A stretch of 64,000 nucleotides of DNA, from the NCBI GenBank assembly GCA_051294375.1, contig CM119266.1, positions 13,205,700-13,269,699 on the forward strand. The letters are read 5' to 3'. Below the pieces are notes generated by a model, which was not told the origin of the DNA, searched no databases, and saw only the letters and a program-made list of their open reading frames with translations. A program made the translations under genes and the position numbers. This document shows, piece after piece, positions 1 to 12,877 of this stretch. How positions within the stretch are numbered: position 1 is the stretch's first letter; every line of letters begins with the position of its first letter. This DNA is from Paraspadella gotoi (lineage: Eukaryota > Animalia > Chaetognatha).

Positions 1-458
1 ATTAAGCGAGTTAACAATATATTTTTGCTGCCTCCGTATATATAATTAAAGAAAATGATGCCCTTTTAAAAATTATTTTAGCATAACAATATAGCAAATT
101 GAATTTTCTTTATAGTAATATCCTTGCAAAATCATACAATTTTAAAAAAATATTTTTTTAATTTTAATAAGTTTCGGATTCATCAGAAAAAAAAAGAATT
201 TTTTTAATAAAATATGTTATAAAATATTTTAATGTTAAAGCTGCGAAAAACTACAAAAACGGTTTATCATATAATAGTTTCTACTATAGAGAGTTGAAAA
301 GTTAAGAATTTTAACCTTTTTCCAATTTTGACACTTAAGACAAAACAAATTATGATAACATGTTTTATATTTTTGTTTTAACGTTTTCTGAGAAATCTGA
401 ATCTTTAATAAAATTATCCAAAAAATTATTTTGAAATTTTTTTATTTTATAAGGATAA
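1..458. repeat. AT-rich segment, inverted copy of 4050-4510
   Basis: The reverse complement aligns over its whole length with 4050-4510 (e.g. ttttgctgcctccgtata vs tatacggaggcaaagcaaaa; gtttcggattcatcag vs ctgatgaatccgaac). Differences are mostly 1-nt indels. Confidence 0.9.
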
Positions 459-519
459 TTTGAAACTTTTAAGGGAAATTTAATTAAAGTTAATTTAAGA
501 AATTTTACTACCGGCCCTT

Positions 520-2172
520 ACCTGTTGAAGTAAGTTTTGAAGAGAGAGAAAGGAGGAAAGAAGAGAGAAAGTTGTAGGGGGAGAAGAGGTTCCAAAAAGA
601 AATTAAGAGGTTACAGGGATGGTCAGATCTTGATAGGACAGCATGAGGTGAGGAAAGGGAAGAGTTAAGTTCCTTTTGAAAATGAATGAGAGTGGGAGAG
701 AGAGAGAGAGAAGAAGAGAGCAAAGCAAAGAAATTTTAAACATTACACCAATACACTTAGCAATGTACAAACAGAGATAAAATGCAATGAAAATCTAAAA
801 CATAAAACTGAAATTAATAGTTAACAATGGAAAATATAATGTTAGTGAAGAATAAGAGTGAAATATTTGAAATAGAAAATAAGTGGTTGAGCGGATAGAT
901 AAGTGAAGATAAAGTGAAAGTAAGTAAACAGAAAGAGCTCAAAATAGAGCTGGCCTTCCCCTGAGCCGCGGGCAAATCGGAGGACGTTGACAGTAAAGAG
1001 TCGCGCGATCCATGTGCCTGTCCATAGGTTGCGAGGGTATACTTGTAGAGTTTGATTATGCTGGGATCCCGGGAAGAGATCCGCATTGGGAAATGGCCTA
1101 AGATGCTTATTCGTATATCACCCTTTGGCCCTGATAAGCCTGGCCGACAGCCCTCCTCCGTCACCTGGACTAGGTGAGAGGCAGGCAGTTGCTTGTTTCT
1201 TGGCCTGATTTTGCTACAGGAGATACCGACTGCCTCTGCCCTCCTCCTGTAGCCGTCGTTTTGGGCGACAGTCGACGGAGACAGAGTCGCGCCAAGTTGC
1301 CTACAGGTTCAGGAAAGGTATCGGAGCGTCCAGTTGCCTGCTGAGGGCCTCCGCCTGATCTCGTTGGAGTGGGAACAGTGGGAATCATTGTGGCAGTTGG
1401 GGTGCGCTGCTGGGCGTTCCACCACCATTTGATGAGGCAATCATAGTGGAAGGACGGTCGAATCGTCAGCTCTCCATCACGGTTCACGAGAGGGGTTCGA
1501 GAGAGCTTTGATGTGTAGATGTGCCTTCTCAATACCTCCTAGGGAAAACCAGTTTGGTCATGGGACAACACGAGACAGTCAGTTCTCTGACAGAATTTGG
1601 CCCAGAATTTGCCGTTGGTCTCGGCAGAATGGCTCGATAAGTAATGACCACGTGGGTCCCGTATATGGCTTTGTGTGCTCTTTGAAGCCGATCTGTCACA
1701 GACTTTCACTGTCTCGCCCACTTGTATTTGTGCTGGTGTGCAGGGGTTGGTTGCCCTTCCCTGCACAGGCCGCCAGTAGACGAGCTCACTATCGTTTTCG
1801 TCTGGAGGATTCTTGCTTTCACCACATTGCTCACTAAGGAGCGCGAGAGATCGTCACTGCACTGACATTCCCCTGCTTTGCGCAGCACCCGCGACGCAGT
1901 GCTTCAGTGATGCCCCTGTATTAGGGGAGGGAGACATGACCCACGTTCCTGAGACGCTTCTGCTTTTTCTCTCCACTTTGGCGCTGTGGTGGGCGCGGTC
2001 GGTCAGTCCTATCAAGCAGCAAGGTCTCGTTCGTCCCCTGGGGGGCGGAGGTTGAAACTTGCGTTAGCCAGTTGACTTTTGGCAGCCCCTAGGTGGCCAC
2101 TGGGCCCTCAGCCAGGTTCAAGCCGGAACCTTGCCTTCTCGTAAGCCCACAGAGGGAACCATTGGCCGCGCA
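520..2172 (-). mobile_element. Penelope-like retroelement (PLE), 5'-truncated, copy 1: NGYP linker, GIY-YIG endonuclease and 3' region
   Basis: Minus-strand reading with indel correction gives AANGYPLWAYEKGK...NVGHVSLP...GITEAL.RVLRK...LVYW.PCAG.GNQPCT.QYVGETVK...DRFKEH...PNWFS....I..IYI.....LNRDG. This is the canonical PLE thumb/linker plus GIY-YIG motif order. It is a direct duplicate of 2370-4030. Confidence 0.85.
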
Positions 2173-2289
2173 ATATAAAAATTATTAAATATATAAATAT
2201 TNNNNNNNNNNNNNNNNNNNNNNNNNTCCAATATATTCTTATTAATATTATCCCTTAGGAAAAAAACAGTTTTTGTTTGACAACGTTTA

Positions 2290-2360
2290 TTTGTACACAA
2301 TTTAGTTCAGACATGTTCGGCTCATTCATTTTTAGAGCCTTCATTCAGTGTTTGGACAAT
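2290..2360 (-). ncRNA. Minimal type I hammerhead ribozyme motif of the PLE pLTR (error-containing or degenerate)
   Basis: Minus strand reads ca-CTGA(a)TGA-a-GGCTC-taaaaatgaat-GAGCC-GAA(-)-CATGTC-tg: a 5-bp stem II, a palindromic ACATGT stem III and a GUC cleavage triplet. There is one extra and one missing A relative to CUGANGA/GAAA. Confidence 0.65.
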
Positions 2361-3339
2361 CAATATTTTTTGTCTCTGTTGAAGTAAGTTTTTGAAGAGA
2401 GAGAAAGAGAGAGAAGAGAGAGAAATTGAGGGAGAAGAGAGTTTCAACAAAGAAAATAAAGTTAAGGGACAGGTGGTCAGATGCTGAAGCGACAGCATGG
2501 TAGCGTCGAGGAAGGAAGAAGGTAAGTTACTTTGAAAAATGATGAGAGTGGGAGAGAGAGAGAGAGAAGAGAGAGCAAAGCAAAGAAACTTTTATAAACA
2601 TTAACACCATATAACTTAGCAATTGACAACAGAAGATAAATGCATGAAAATCTAAACATAATACTGAAACTCTAATAGTTAACAATAGGAAAATAATAAT
2701 GTTAGATAGAATAAGAGTGAAAATTTGAAATAGAAAATAATGTGGTGAGGGATAGAAAGTGAAGATAAAGTGAAAGTAAGTAAACAGAAAGAGCTCAAAA
2801 TAGAGCTTGGCCTTCCCCCGTGCCGGCCGGAGCAAATGGAGGACGTATGACAGTAAAGGAGTGGCGTATTCCATGTGCCTGTCATAGAGTTGCGAGGGTA
2901 TACTTGTAGAGTTTGGATTATGCTGGATCCCGGGAAGAGATCCGCATTGCGGAAGATGCCTAAGTGTTATCCGTATATCACCGCTTTGGGCCTGATAAGC
3001 CCTGCCGACAGCCCTCCTCGCATCACCTGGAACCACGGTGAGGGCAGGCAGTTGCACTTGTTTCTGGCCTGATTTTGGCTACAGGAGGATACGACTCCTC
3101 TGCCCTCTCCTGTAAGCCGGTCGTTTTTGGGCGACGTCAGGAGACAGATCGCGCCAAGTTGCTTACAGGTTCAGGAAAGGGTATCGGAGCGTCCATTGCC
3201 TCTGAGAGGCTCCGCCTGATCTCGTTGGAAGTGGGAACAGGGGAATCATTGTGGCAGTTGGGGTTGGCTGCTGGGCGTTCCACGCACCATTTGATGAGGC
3301 AATCATAGCTGGACGGACGGTCGAATCGTCGCTCCATGC

Positions 3340-4025
3340 ACGGTTCAGAGAGGGGTTCGAGAAGCTTGATGTGTAGATGTGCCTCCTAATACCTCCTAGA
3401 AAACCAGTTTGGTCATGGGACAAGCACACGAGACAGTCAGTTTCTCTGAACAGATGGCCCAGAATTCTGCCGTGTGCTCGGCAGATGCTCGATAAGTAAT
3501 GACCCACGTGAGGTCCCGTATAATGGCTTTGTGTGCTGCTTTGAAGCCGATCTGTCAAGGACTTTCACTGTCTCGCCCACTGTATTGTGCTGTGTGCAGG
3601 GTTGGTTGCCCTCCCTGCACAGGCCGCCCAGTTAGACGGCTCCTTATGTTTCGGTCGTGGGGATTTGTCTGCTTTCACACAATTGCTCACATAAGGAGCC
3701 GCGGAGATGCGTCACTGCACTGGAATATCCCCTGCTTTTGCGCAGCACCCGCACCAGTGCTTCAGTGATCCCCTGGTAGTAGTGGGAGGGAGACATGACC
3801 CACGTTCCTGAGACGCTTCTGCTTATTTCCCCCTTTGGCGCTGTGGTGGGCGCGGTCGGAGTACCTATCAAGCAGCAAGGTCTCGTTCGTCCCCTGGGGG
3901 CGGAGGTTTGAAACTTGCCGTTAAGCCATTGACTTGGGCAGCCCCTAGGTGGCCACTGTGCCCTCAGCCAGGTTCAGCCGGAACCTTGCCCTTCTCGTAA
4001 GCCACAGAGGGTAACCATTGAGCCG
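3340..4025 (-). pseudogene. Frameshifted C-terminal part of the PLE ORF (RT thumb NGYP plus GIY-YIG endonuclease)
   Basis: aat ggt tac cct ctg tgg (NGYPLW) at ~4020-4003; AVYW..CAG.GNQPCTAQYVGETVKSL.DRFK.H at ~3645-3530; NPSLN at ~3360-3345. Many 1-nt indels, which may be read errors. Confidence 0.8.
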
Positions 4026-4049
4026 CGCCAATATAAAAATTATTAAATA

Positions 4050-4510
4050 TATCCTTATAAATAATAAAAAAATTTCAAAATAATTTTTTGGATAATTTTA
4101 TTTAAAGATTCAGATTCTCAGGAAACGTTAAAACAAAAATATAAAACATGTTATCATAATTGTTTTGTCTTAAGTGTCAATAATTGGAAAAAAGGTTAAA
4201 ATTCTAAACTTTCAACTCTCTATAGTAGAAAACTATTATATGATAAACCGTTTTTGTAGTTTTTCGCAGCTTAATATTAAATATTATTATAACATATTTT
4301 ATTTAAAAAAATTCTTTTTTTTTTCTGATGAATCCGAACTATTTAAAATTAAAAAAATATTTTTTTTTAAATTGTATGATTGCAAGGATATTACTATAAA
4401 GAAAATTCAATTTGCTATATTGTTATGCTAAAATAATTTTAAAGGGCATCATTTTCTTAATTATATTATACGGAGGCAAAGCAAAAATATATGTTAAACT
4501 ACGCTTCAAT
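4050..4510. repeat. AT-rich segment, inverted partner of 1-458
   Basis: Reverse-complement identity to 1-458. Confidence 0.9.
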
Positions 4511-7500
4511 CTTTTCATTCACTCCACCTTAACTGCACATGGTCTTTGATTGAATATTTCTCTCTCTGAGTATTATTTTTGTTAACGGAAAGCTCACTTT
4601 TAAGCATATATTTAGTAGTTATCGTGTGTAACACAGAGCTTTCCGAACCTTCCTTAAAAAGAAAAACGTTCAGAATATCGATAAGAAATAAATAAGCAAT
4701 CGAGGAATAAACAAATACTTAAAAAAAGTCAGGTAAGGTTCAACATTGTAAGCTCTAGCAGATGCAAAAAACTTTTAAATCTTCGATGAAATCGGTGACA
4801 GCTGCAAAGAAACACGGAGCTTCCCCCCCCGCCTTCTGTGCCGAAGCTGCGACAACAATCAGAGAGTAAAGACAAGTGGCCTCGAACTGTTGACAGTGAC
4901 AGTGCTGGTAGACAGTGAAGTTGAGCAGTGATAGTATGAGAGTTGACATGGGAAGTGCAGTTGAGAATGGCGAGGTTGAGAGTGACAATTTAAAAGTGAC
5001 TTGATGAGGTTGACAAGTTGAGTGTGATGGAAGGGTTATGGATCAGCAGCAATTAAAATCTTGAAAGTTGACGGTTAAGAGTGAATAGTTGTGAGTAGTG
5101 GTGTTAGAGAGTGACTGGTGAGTAGTGACGTTAAAAATATATAAGCATGCAAGACATTTGAAGCAGAAACAGGTAAGAGAGACTCAACGTTAACCTTGTC
5201 TTCAGAAAGTGATAAGTTTAAGAGTGACAGTAGAGAAATGTAAGGTTCGATTGACGGCTGAGGAGTCAGTCGGTCGACTAGTAGATCAGTGAAATAAGTG
5301 ACCAGTGAAGGCATGACTAAAAGACAGTTCACGAGAGACGAAAGATTCGCGGTGAGCGAATAAATATATCGGCAAGAAAACGAGAGAAAACGCCTAAGAG
5401 GCGACGGGATTGGCAAGATCCGAATATTTTTAAGATTCTATTCGCGCGGCGAATCCGATTAAAACCTCTTTTGTTTCGCCCCAGAGCGTCGAAGGTGACG
5501 CTGACCGATGACGCCTTACGCCAAGATCTCACCCACTGCAACGGCGACGCGGACGAGGGGAGCCCCAACGGTAGATGGGAGGGCGCCGACTGCCGATATG
5601 GGGCGCTTGCGTGCACTCGACCCTGCCAGAGGTGCGACGGGGCACGAATTATCTGGGGAAGAGAGGGGGAGGGGGGAGAGAGAGAGGAGAAGAGAGAGCC
5701 CTGGGGAGAGAGACGAACTGAAAGAAACAGTACCGCGACCCCTGAGAGAACCGAGAGAGAAGAAGACAGAAGAGATGAGGAGAGAAGCATGCAGCCGGTA
5801 GAACTGAGTCCTGCACAGCCAGAAGAGGCCACGATGACAGCAGGGCAAAAGACGATCCAAGCAGAGACCGAGAAGAGGAAGAGAAAGAGAGAGAGAGCAC
5901 TGAGTAATATGACTCGGAGAGAGAAGAAAGAGCGAAAGAGAGAGAGAGAGGAGATGAGAGATGCCCGGAGAGAGAGAGAGAGAGAGGACCGAGAGAGAGA
6001 AAGAAAAGAGTGAGTACTGGCCCCTCAGAGTGTGTGCAAGCCGATCGATAATGACGGTAGGTTGAGTTGACTGAGACGTAACGAGTAAATTTAAATCTAA
6101 GTCGTCACTCAATAATCAGTATCTAGGTTAATGTATTCTTTGTATAGTTTAATAGATTGCCATAATCGTTCCTATCCTTATTACAACTCCCGACGTCTGC
6201 GCAGTCGGAGATTTTTTTATTTTCAGGTCGCGTAAGCCAGCGACTATATATTCATTACATGTTAAAATGGATTTTGGGTGTTTATAACTTTTATTTAACT
6301 TAATTTAATTTGTGTGATGTGTGTCACTGTATATAAATCTATGCTATGAAATTAAACTACTATATTAATGACTTTTGTAAAATTTATATTAATGGATTGG
6401 ATTCATAAGATAATAAAGTTCTAGCAGTCAAAAGAATGATCCTATTTAATTCTACTTTATTTGGTCGTCTATTATATAATAATTCTTTGTAATTGGTATT
6501 ATTCTAATTACCTTGTTTCTTCTATGCAATTAATAAAAAATCCAAATCACTATACTAACCACAATAATTGCTGTCAAATATTTGCAAATTCATGAAACGT
6601 TGGAACAACTAATCAATTACATTCTTTAACGGCAAGAGCCCTTTCTAGAGAGGCAACCGGGCGCTTTTCCCTCCTTTCAGCCAAGAAACGCCAACCGCCG
6701 TCGCCCACGTTGGCCGGTTTTTCTCGCTCAAACTGCAAGGGTCATTCATCTTTGAGCTCCAATTTTCACTCGAGCGATTACGAATTGGCGAAGAAATGTT
6801 TGACAAGAGAAAGCGAAAGGAAAGAAAGAAAAAAAAAGAGTCTTTTAAGGATTCTAAACCGCTCCCTTTCAGTGTGGTTTCGAGTAACCGGTATTTTCTT
6901 CGTTGATAGAGAGAAAAGAATTATTATTGTTGTACCGCTAATCAAACGAGAATGCGTCGCTTAAAAGAAAAGTGCAACATTTTTCTATAGAGATGTTCGT
7001 TAAACTGACTTACCCGAAATGGCAACGAGATGCCAGAAATTCGGTTGTAAAAAACAGTTGTTAAAACACACTAGATTCCGATCTAGCGTTATATCTTAAG
7101 AGCTAGCACAAATTCGTCTTATGGCAGGTTTGATAAGGATTTAATAACAAACAAGCCAGGGGAAAGCACTAGTCATCTCCGGTAAGAATTTCAAACCTTG
7201 TTCCTTCTACCTTAGAAATGAAAGGGCAAATTGTGCTTTTGCAAAAATTGTTAAGACGGGCTAGGGTATGTTAACATTATAAATATTACTTCGATAATTT
7301 TGAGATTTTAAAATTAGCACCTCTTGTGCTCAAGAGCTTGCGCAAATTTATTCTTGTTCATTATCTGACCAACACTCTTCATAGTAAGAACCAACATTGT
7401 AAAGTCCAGTTGGTCTGGGTTTGACAACGATGAAATTTTATTTAATGAAAGAAATTAAAAGTAAGGTTGAGAGAGAAAAACTGATTTTTCGCTGGAGTAT

Positions 7501-10500
7501 CTCTTGAGGAACAGAAGATACGAAGGGATGGCAATGAGGTTACCAATAATTTGAAAAGCCATAATCATGAGGCACATACAAGTTACAATATTAGAATTAG
7601 TTTTTGCTGAAACCTGCTTTACAGGGGTGCCACGCTGTCAAACTGAAAGTCAAAATGTATGAATGAATTTTAAAATAATGGAAACCCCATAGAAAATTAA
7701 ATGAAATTTAAATTCTTTTTAGTGATTTCTGAAAAGAAAAAAAGTGCTAAAATTGTACATATGAGTTTAAAGCTTTAAGTTTTTTTGGATAAAGAAAATA
7801 ATATAAGTTTTTTTCACTTAAAAGTAGTTGTGCGTCGACTGCATAGTTACAAGCGATGCTTTACAAAATTCTAGCCCAAAAGTATGTAATCACCCCATGC
7901 GACACGCTAAATGTATCTTCTTTCCACCGAGCAAAAAGTGAAAGCATTGATTATGTTAGAAACAGAGGTTTAGCTGAGATGGAGGCTGGAAGACGTAAAG
8001 CTGCTTTCACGTTTAATGTCATCTTTCAATGAATAATCACAATAATGCACGACCAGGCTCAAGTGTGTCTCGTCTCGTTATGTAGACAAAGAGAAGAGAG
8101 AGAGAAAAAAGAAAAAAGAAAAAAAGGAGAAGAGATAGAGAAAGAGATATTTTTTATAGTCGCCAGCCTTGCTCCCATAAGTCAGGTATCACCTTCTAAC
8201 AGCCAATGACGCCAAGACGGTTATAACTCATCAACACCACGTGCTCATCAGCGAATTCTAGTTAAGATCCTTACTTTCTTCGAGCTTGTGGGTTTGAGAA
8301 AAACATTTCGTGACTTAATAGTTTGCCTTTTGACATTCCCTTCTATTTGTCTCTTTACTGTCTGTTTGTTCGCGTTGGAGTTTACAGAAGGAACAGAAAT
8401 GATTTCAACGAGACAACAGACAGTCGCGAAAACAATAGCGGGCGAAATCTCGATGTCCAAATGTACATCCGGGAGCGTCACTACTCCCCGTCCATCACAT
8501 AGCTACATACACAGCCTGCCTCTCCGACACACTATCACAATCCAATGGCACTGAAAGATATTAAAAACTGATCTACAATTTGACTGGAAAAGGACATGAA
8601 TAATCTTTCAATTTCTCTGCCGCTCAGACGAGGATCTATCCCATGCGAAGTGGCGATTATCAGAACAGATACACATCTTTACAATACTGCAATTATGTGC
8701 ATACCTCTAGCGTCAACTCACCACTCTCATGGCGCCCGTACCCGATGCCGACCTCATTCATCCCACAACCTCGACAATCGCAACCGCGTGAAAACTATCA
8801 CATCACTGCTCTACTATTTGTCGTAACAGAACTAAATGTATGTACAAAGCTAACTGATGAATAGCTTATTCAGATATGATAGAAAACTTAAAACTTTAAT
8901 GGACATCAACAAACGACCGGACTGCATCCGAATGGAACGGGAGACACAATAAGTTTAAAAAATTTCATTCGCGTTGATAATTCTAAAGGCGAAAGGAGAC
9001 ATATCCTCTCCAAAAATTTCCTTTCACTCTCTGCCTGTATGAAACCTACTTCTCGTCTCTCTCTTCATAATATCGATCGTACGTCTTCCTGGCAACCGGC
9101 GTCCCTGTATTTAACCGCTTTCGTCTCCCGTGGGAACGCCCTCTTCTTCAGCGCCATGTTTTCCGCTCCGATTGGCCTTGAAGAAACCGCGGTCCCTCCG
9201 ACGAGTTTGCTTCAGATTAACGTCTCTTTTTGACGCCGGCCTACTTTCGCGCGAAAATGACTTAACGGAGTAGATAACGTCGCATCATTTTTCGTTCGTG
9301 AGTTTTTGTTTTTTTTTAGTGTTGATTGCGCGGTTTTTCCTTGAGGCTTTCGCATTTTTCTTACAAATTGCAACCAACGTCTTTTTGGTGACTGACTTGA
9401 CAATGGTGTTACAACATATCAACCCACCCTGAAAAGGCGAAAACAACTGAAAGAGGAGCTTTTCAAGGACCATTTTGAAATTCCTCTCTTCTCGTTCTCT
9501 TCTTCTCTCTCTCTTCCTCGTCTCTCTCTCTACTCTTCTCTCTCTCTCTTCTCTCTCTTTCTCTCTCTTTCTCTCTCTCTCTCTTCTCTCTCGTCTAATA
9601 TATTGTATTTTGCTTTTCTGTTCCCGAAACAATATTATCAATATACTTTTTGTATTAAATAATCATACCATCTCGCATAAAATTATTATTGTTAATTGAC
9701 TCAAATCAGATTTTTGTTCTCAGGTGCTCCACTCTAATATGCAGTTTATAAAGAAAATTGTATATTAAATAATGATCACAATCTCTCTCTTTCATCGCCA
9801 CCTGATCCTCCTCAATCCTTACCATATTCCAAGTGAGCAAAGTTCATCTTTTATTACTTTTCCCATTTCTCCTAAAAGCTTCTTCCACGATTTCCAATAA
9901 GTAAAGAAAAGGTTTCGGCATCATATCATGAAAATCTCGCGGACTCGTCGTCGTCATCTCTTCCCCCAGAATTGTGGGTTTTTCGTGATTTTATTGAGAG
10001 TGAGAATAGTAAAAATATACTAAAAATGTGATACGTGACAAAAGTTATGAAACCATGTGGATTCTTTTCAGTCAAGTTTCTCCAAGAAAATATATGGAGA
10101 TTTCTTTCCTCCCTTTTCCGTTCCCTTCTCCGCCAAACTCGTTTTGATTTTAACACCAAATTCACTTTCTCTTCTTTTTCGCTTAAATCGAAAATTCGTG
10201 TCGGTCGGCCTATTCTTACCCCAGCCCGTCCGTTCGCCCGCCTGCCCGCTAACCCGTTTGCCCGCCGTCCTAATTATTTGTCGACCGCCGAGAATGTTGT
10301 TTCAGTCCCCGCTGCGCGGCTCGGTCTTCGCTAATGATAAAATCGTGAATTTTAACAACCGAAACACAACAGTCACCGTGTCTTAACATTTTTCGAGATC
10401 ACAATAAGGATATCTATTAACTAATAACATCCATATATCTCGTAAAATTCACTCAAGGCATAGCGTTGAGTGTGATTCCCATTTTCTCACCGTCCGAGTT

Positions 10501-10581
10501 AATTTTGATTTATGCCTTTGATAAACAATATCGCCGACAAGATATTGCCAATATTGGCGCAGATGACAACGACATTGCACC

Positions 10582-10619
<38 letters not shown>

Positions 10620-11177
10620 AATCACACTTCCCATTTTCGCCATCTTCCTTCCATTGACGCACGCGCAATTGAGCGGCAGAGAAGACTGAAGCCTACGTGA
10701 ATTTTCGCACTCACGCGACTGGGGACCAGGAGGAGGGAGGGGAGGCCACGTTGGGGGGGGGAGGGTCGGAGTGATTGAAGTAGCGGGGTGGAACGCTAGG
10801 ACGAGGGACCAGCAACGGGGATGGCAACGTTGTTTGTAGAAAGGGGTCGAAGACTCGAAGCATGTTATGTCGAGAAGTAAAAGGGAAACTTTTTTCTAGT
10901 TTTAGCGAAGTGTTTTTTTTTCTCCTCTTTATTTTTTAAAAAAGGGATCCTGGAAAAGTATTTAATCTCCAAAGTGTTTACCGTTTCTTCTAAATGAATT
11001 CGGACGCGTCGTTGATGTTGTCGTCGTTTTCGTCGTCGTCTTAATATTTTTCTCATGTTGTCCGTCTTCGCCGTCGTCTTAGTTTTCGTCAACGTGACGG
11101 GTTTGCAAATTTTAGTTGAATTGAGTCTCGCGTCCTGATGACATAATATATCGTCTTTATCAACGTCAACTTTATCT

Positions 11178-11217
<40 letters not shown>

Positions 11218-11557
11218 GATCGTGGTGAAGCCTCCATCGCGGATGCGATTATCACCTGCGAGAATTCCTCGTTCAAAACTCAGCTTTTCCTTCTGGGAAA
11301 ATCAATGGCGATCTTGGAAGAGGGAAGCGTCGTTGGTGAAGAGAGCGACGTCGGGAATAAATGTGATTAAAAGCAAAAGATAAAGATATAGAAGAAAGAA
11401 AGAAAGACGAAAGAAAGAAAGACTTCTATTACCTTGCATAATGCATATTCCCTTTCCTCTCCATGAATAACTCCCTTGACAAGACGCTCTTCCATAATAC
11501 AGCGACACATCCACCACCCTCTTTCTTTACTTTTATCTTCTCTCTCTCTCTCTTCTC

Positions 11558-11591
<34 letters not shown>

Positions 11592-11743
11592 CTTTTCCCT
11601 CTTTCCAATCACAAAGATATTTCAGAATATCATCCAAAATAAGAAAATTGCGGAGACCTGCCTGATAAAAACCCACCATGTCAACTGCCACGTCACCAGT
11701 TCCAGTCAACGATCTTGAACTAATCCATCTCCAAGCCTTACAA

Positions 11744-11901
11744 GTCGTCGTCGTTCGTTCGTTCATTCGTTCGTTCGTCCGTTCACCTTTTTTTCAGGGG
11801 AAATTCTTTTCGTGGTCGAGGATTGTAACGAAAAAAACTTCCCCTGAAAATAAGGTGAACGGACGAACGAACGAATGTACGAACGAACGAACGACGACGA
11901 C
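11744..11901. repeat. Foldback inverted repeat with ~70-bp arms and a ~14-nt loop (MITE-like or hairpin)
   Basis: gtcgtcgtcgttcgttcgttc...cgtccgttcacctt..ttcaggggaa.tt.tttcgt pairs with acgaaaaaaacttcccctgaaaataaggtgaacggacgaacgaacg...gacgacgac. Confidence 0.9.
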
Positions 11902-12782
11902 CGCGACGATCGGCTCGTAACTAACGAGGACAACAAACAAACTGAAACGAGGATCAAAAGGACATGGAACCCGCGTCGATGGGACAACGAGACGTTTACG
12001 ACGCCATCGGAAACGCGAAACGACGCGTTAGCGAGACTCTCTAAAACCTTGAAGAGGACGCGCTCGGCCGCGAGGCCCTGGGGGAACGTCAACAAAAGAA
12101 GAGAGCGATCGGTTCGAGGAAATAAAGATGACGAATAATCCGCTCGATGTCAACCGCGAACAGCAAAGGTTATTTTGTAGAACGATATCGAAGCAGCGAA
12201 AGAACGTCGCGTTGAAAAAAGAGCGAGAAAGATGAAAAAAATATGGGTCGTTCGTCCCCAGCGTGACAAATCACGCGACATCTCGACAGCAGGACGTGGC
12301 GTCGAGGAAGAGTCGTGGCGTGGCGTGGCGTGGCGTGGCGTGGCTAGGAATGGCGCAAAGGCAACGCGGCGTTGCGAAACTAATGACAACGCTCGCAAGG
12401 GAGAAAGGGCAAGCCTAGTTATGAGAACGAGATATTCGCAGAGGGAGAGAGAGAGAGAGAAAAAAAAAATAGGCAAATTGATGATTCGCTCATAATTCCC
12501 TTTTTCCCCTCGGTTTCCCTCTTTTGCTCTCTCTCTCGGAAATTAAATTGATGGAAGAGGCATTTTTTAAAAATATTTATGCCAGACGATAGCTAAATAT
12601 TATAAATTATATTCATATTAAATGCATATTAAATATTAATTTTTAAAATTTTTAAGGACATCAACAAAAAAAAATTACATTTTTATAGTATTCTATATTC
12701 ATTCATTAAAGATTTATTTCCTTTCTCTTTTTTTAAGATGAGCCTTAATACAATAGTTCGCTAGTTATTTGACTCCGTTATT

Positions 12783-12784
12783 TA

Positions 12785-12877
<93 letters not shown>
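12783..12877. repeat. (ATT)n microsatellite
   Basis: About 30 near-perfect ATT units. Confidence 0.98.

Larger units (their letters stand above)
2270..4030 (-). mobile_element. Penelope-like retroelement, 5'-truncated, copy 2, including the hammerhead-bearing 3' end (pLTR)
   Basis: Same motifs as copy 1 (ORF-track fragments YYQGITEALVRVLRK and GIRRHIYTSSFSNPSLNR). These are followed by a Pro/Thr-rich extension, an AT-rich and CT-microsatellite tail, and a hammerhead core at 2310-2348. No RT palm (YVDD) is present. Confidence 0.85.

Noticed and set aside
2100-2172. Apparent tRNA/SINE-like head (gcggccaatggtt...aaggttccggcttgaacctggc) fused to the PLE, suggesting a SINE-PLE chimera
   Set aside because: The same bases translate as AANGYPLWAYEKGK, the conserved PLE NGYP motif, so this is simply the truncation point within the ORF.
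4325-4340. CTGATGA-atcc-GAA(A) hammerhead-like core (also 171-186 on the minus strand)
   Set aside because: No stem II can form and there is no stem I/III complementarity.
5471-6112. RE-rich and SL-rich ORFs here and at many other loci (e.g. 13325, 22936, 28772, 34231, 45282)
   Set aside because: Translations of (AG)n/(CT)n microsatellites, without codon or splice support.
7200-7580. Minus-strand peptide-like pieces (IMAFQIIGNLIAIPSYLLF; DQLDFTMLVLTMKSVGQIM)
   Set aside because: Short, flanked by stops, and the splice phases do not chain.
9112-9152. Minus-strand CTGAAGA...GAAA hammerhead-like spacing
   Set aside because: Seven unpaired bases precede an imperfect stem II, and there is no stem I pairing.
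10980-11250. Minus-strand acidic/basic frame (DDDDEDKVDVDKDD...RRRRKRRQHQRR) with a gtaaac donor
   Set aside because: There is an upstream in-frame stop and no matching acceptor; largely (GAC)n-derived.
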